Assembly (NCBI RefSeq): GCF_009914755.1
Contig: NC_060925.1
From: the human T2T-CHM13v2.0 reference genome, Homo sapiens
DNA length: 64,000 nt
Direction: 5' to 3' (one strand)
The translations under genes were made by a program, and so were the position numbers. Below are positions 59,622 to 64,000 of this stretch, piece by piece (within the stretch, counting starts at the first letter, position 1; the number at the start of each line of letters is the position of its first letter). Below the pieces are notes generated by a model. The model saw only the letters and a program-made list of their open reading frames with translations, made no database searches and was not told where the DNA came from.

Positions 59622-59870
59622 GGCTAGGCAGAAGGAGCACTTGAGGCCAGGAATTTGAGACCAGCCAGGGCAATATAATGAGACCTCATCTCTTCAGAAA
59701 AATTTTATAAACTTAGCTGGGCATAGTGTTGCATGCCTGAAGTCCCAGCTACTCGGGAGGCTGAGGTGGGAGGATGGCTTGAACCCAGGAATTCAAGGTT
59801 ACAGTGATTGTGCCACTGCACTCCAGCCTGGGTGACAGAGCAAGACCCTGTCTCAAAAAAAAAAAAAAAA
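59622..59870 (+). mobile_element. AluJ missing the first ~40 nt
   Basis: TSD aaaagtccatcttt. Confidence 0.92.
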
Positions 59871-60044
59871 GTCCATCTTTTTCCCACTGATTTGAGATGT
59901 GCCCCCCTTATATAATTCATTTCTATACATAGTTGGCTGTATTTCTGCATTTTCTGTTTTCCTCTATTGGTCTGTCCCTTCATGTTCCAATACCCTACTG
60001 TTTTAATCACAGAGGTTGTACAGTATGTCTTCATATTAAAACCA

Positions 60045-60860
60045 TGGCAAGACGCCATTTCGCGTCTACCAGATTGACAAGCACCTGTCAATATTAAGTG
60101 TTTGGAAAAGGCACAGGGCAAAGGAAAGAAACATGCATACCATGCTGGTGAGAGTATAAGTTGTTAGAATAATTTTGAACAGACTATACCTTGTAAAGTG
60201 TTCCCCTGCTTCCCTTATCTTTCAGGGTAGCAGAATAAAGGAGTAGGGCAGGTAGCAAGGCTGGAGTGGGAGCAGTTTTGTCTAATAACTTCAGTTTGCC
60301 CTACCAATATTACTGTTTTCTTTACCAGTTGGATTGTGAAAAAGGTTGGGAAACACTGCCTTAAAAGAACTCTTAACATGTACAAGAATGCACAAAGTAA
60401 CACTGTTGATAATACTGAAACCCTGCAAACAGTGTATATGTCTATCAACAGTGTAGTGAATAAAGAAATTGTGGTACATTCATATGAAACAATAGTAAGA
60501 GTAACCTACAACTGTGCGTGCCAACAGGGATGAATTCAAAAGCATAAAGATGAGTGGAAAAGCAAAATAGAAGACTAATACAATATGATTCTATTTATGT
60601 AAAGTTCAAAAACGGCTAAAGTAATATATTGTTTAAAGATAGACTCATAAATGGGAAGACTGCTAAGAAAAGCAGGGGAAGATTAACAAAATGCAGAAGG
60701 ATAATTAATTACTTCTGGGGTGAAGGGTATGTTGTGCTTGGGCAGGGTTATACATGAGACTTCAGAGGTGCTTGTGATGTTCTGTAGGTATGTACATAAT
60801 TGTTCATTTGCTTTTATACATTAAATTATACATGTATTATGTGATTATTTCATAACAAAA
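60045..60860 (+). mobile_element. L1ME 3' end fragment
   Basis: catgctggtgagagtataagttg...aattgtggtacattcata...atgattctatttatgtaaagttcaaaa. Confidence 0.7.
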
Positions 60861-61239
60861 GAGAAACAAAACAACAAAAACAAAAATCTAGACACAGGAA
60901 TAGGCTAACCGAAACTCAGATAATTAAATTTATGCTTGAGAAAAACTTCTTTCTCAAGTGGAACACTTGGCTTTTAATTTTTTATTTAGTGGCAATAACT
61001 TTTTGATTGATTGTGTTAAAGATTGCAGATAGAAATTTCCTTTTAGTGTCTGGGTCAAGCAGTAAGAAATCTGTTATTGTGTATTATACACACATGAATG
61101 ACAATTACATCACCAGGTAACAATTAAAGGTAGAGTCATGGGTACTTTAACACTAAGCAGTTTTTTGGTACCATTTATGCAAAATATCATCATAGTCAAT
61201 TTTAACTTTATTCAGCAGGAGATTTTTGAAGGAACATAA

Positions 61240-61470
61240 TAAATAGGAAATGTTTATTAAGGATATGTTATATGCCAGATATAGCACCTACATTAACTCA
61301 TTTAATCGGATAATAGCCCATGAAGAATTAGATATGGTCTACATTTTACAGATGAATAAACTGATACTCAGAGAGGTTAAGTAGCTTGTCCAAAGTCACA
61401 CAGGAAGTACATGATGGGATTTTAATGCAGGTTTATCTGTCCCCAAAGCCTGTGTTTTCAGCTTTCTGTT
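61240..61470 (-). mobile_element. MIR
   Basis: cattttacagatgaataaactgatactcagagaggttaagtagcttgtccaaagtcacacag. Confidence 0.85.
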
Positions 61471-61524
61471 CCAGAGTATCTTGTTAAGAACTTCAGGTGC
61501 TAATCTGTACCTTTTCTCAGTGGA

Positions 61525-61915
61525 GTCCTTAGTCCATTTTGTGCTGCTATAACAGAACAACTGAGACTGGGTAATTTATAAAGAACAAAAATTTATTTCT
61601 CAAGGTTCTGGGGTCTGGGAAGTCCAAGGTCAAGGTGCTGGCAGGTTTGGTGTCTCATGAGGGCCCAGTCTTGGCTTCCAAGATGGCTCCTTGAATGCTG
61701 CATCCTCCAGAGGGGAGGAACGGGAAAGCAGAAGAGCCGAGAGAAAGTGAGAAAGAGGGCTGGAGTTGCCCTTCTTTTCTGGCACCAATTCTACCCATGA
61801 GAGTAGAGCCTTAATGGTGTAATCACCTCTTTAAACTCTTGCCTCTTAATACAGTTACCATAGCAATTCAATTTCAACATAAGTTTTAGAAGGAACAAAC
61901 ATTCAAACCATAGCA
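61525..61915 (-). mobile_element. MST-family MaLR LTR
   Basis: ttagtccattttgtgctgctataacagaa...gagactgggtaatttataaagaac...acaaacattcaaaccatagca. Confidence 0.88.
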
Positions 61916-62391
61916 AGGCCCATCCCAGAAGGTATTTCTGAAGTCCAGAGAAGGAAATCCTTGAATAGATTGTGGCAGTTCTTCACAATAGCTAAGTGAA
62001 TGTTAACATCAATTTTAAGCTTGCTTTTCTTTAGTGCCATTAAACAGTCACTCTCTACCCCCTCGTGATGCGTCCTTTCATAGATTTGCTGGCCCTAAAG
62101 AATTTGATTGACTGGGCAGAGAGAGACCTGCTTGGATTTCTATTTGTTTGTTTTCTGATCTGAAGCCTTCCACAGATTTCCATCCTCAAGATTACCCTGG
62201 ACATTAAAACCTTTCTTGGCTAAGCCTGTGCAAAACCCTTGCATCCCATTTCTCCTTGCATTAAAATTTTATGTGTCTGTTTCTCCAGCCTGTCAAAATT
62301 TTAAAACCTTTTTCTTAATTCTTCAGAGATTACCTTATGTTATGCAAATTGTGATATCAGCAAATGAAACGTTCCCTGGTCTTTTATCTGA

Positions 62392-62732
<341 letters not shown>

Positions 62733-64000
62733 CTAAAAATTCCTATTATGCTTTAAAGTTACATCATGTTTATCTTTGCAGTTCCCCCATTCTTGCTACC
62801 CCTACTTTCCACTGATATTTTCGCAGAGAATGCAGCTGATGAAGGGGACAGGGTGGGAGGGAGCATTCAAATGAGCATTTGGTTGCTAGGGAACCTAGTT
62901 TACTCAGTAATTGTGACTTCCCAAAGTTGTTTAGAAATTACAGCAGAGCTGTTTGGAATCTCTGTCTATTCCTCTTTAGATTGGTGCTCCTCTAGCTTTG
63001 GAGATGACTGAAGTTCCTAAAGTTATTCAGTCTCTTTCCCTGGGAGCTGTTAGACTTGCTTTTTCCAGGGACTGAAGTGACAAAAAATTTATTCTAATCA
63101 AAATGAGGTCAGTGTAAGAGTGAAGTTGGTGAATCCCTATCTTATCTTCTGATCTGTAGGGATATGTGTGCCTCTCCAAGCCCCAGCAGGAGAGTTTTTA
63201 TAGTGATACTAAAACCCTCTTTATATCTTCCTTCTATTTTCATTATATTTGAGTGTCTACCAAGTTTCCTTTCGGTTGAAATGTCAAGAAAAATACTTTC
63301 TCTTAGTATTATCTCAAATGAGAATTTTATGATCCTCTGTGTGAAGATAAAATCTCTTACATGTGTTTTGATTTTTCACTTTTTTGGGGATAATTACATC
63401 TCAAATTAACCAAGTTAAAAATGAACTCAATAGAATAAAATAAACTCCTGTGATTAGCAAGGGAGTAAAATGAGTATATCTAGAAATGAAATGCATGTAA
63501 AATTCATCTTGGTTTTCTACTCCTATGTTAAATTATATAACAACAATGCTGGGGCTCTTCTTTGGATCTTAAATATTGTCAATCACAAAGGTGGGATTAG
63601 ACTGAGGGTGAGGGAGTAATACTCTTTTAAGAGAAGGAAAAAAAACATTGATATTAATGATAAGTGTTGTTTTTTGGAAAATGAAATTTGTATTAGAGTT
63701 TGTGGTAGGCTATTTATTAAGTGGCATAGAGGATCATAACTGGGAGGGGGAGGAATTAAGCTGGGTTAACACTGCTGGTCTTCTCTATGCAGCCTGAAGA
63801 CAACCTTGTAATTTACAGAAGTGCATTCAGAACATCTTTTCCTGATTGCTCCTTTAAAGGGCTATTCAGGAAGGACTGGAGCCTTACTATGTCTGTTACA
63901 TTGTGCTTTAATGGGCCAGCTGCATGTGTATCTAAGGGTAAGGGAAATTTATGGAGGCCATGGTCCAAATTTGAATGGGTTTGTCACAGTAAGTGTGTTT

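Overview
This is primate, very likely human, genomic DNA: Alu J/S/Y, L1, L2, MIR, MaLR/ERV LTRs and hAT/TcMar MITEs make up much of the window. Bases ~1-43400 are repeat-dense intergenic sequence. A CpG island at ~43480-45320 holds a + strand promoter and an ATG-less first exon ending at a perfect AAG|GTAAGT donor (44610|44611). A second short exon candidate ends at 45373, and the rest of the window looks like a long first intron. From unverified memory, this layout resembles the 5' end of human LRRC8D. No protein-coding exon is supported; the listed ORFs come from repeats, microsatellites or GC-rich sequence. I found no convincing new biological system. The most notable items are a hybrid first/internal exon carrying a uORF, an internally deleted 7SL retrocopy with intact TSDs, several local duplications and inversions, and nested element insertions. 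Repeat subfamilies were assigned by eye and boundaries of old elements are approximate.
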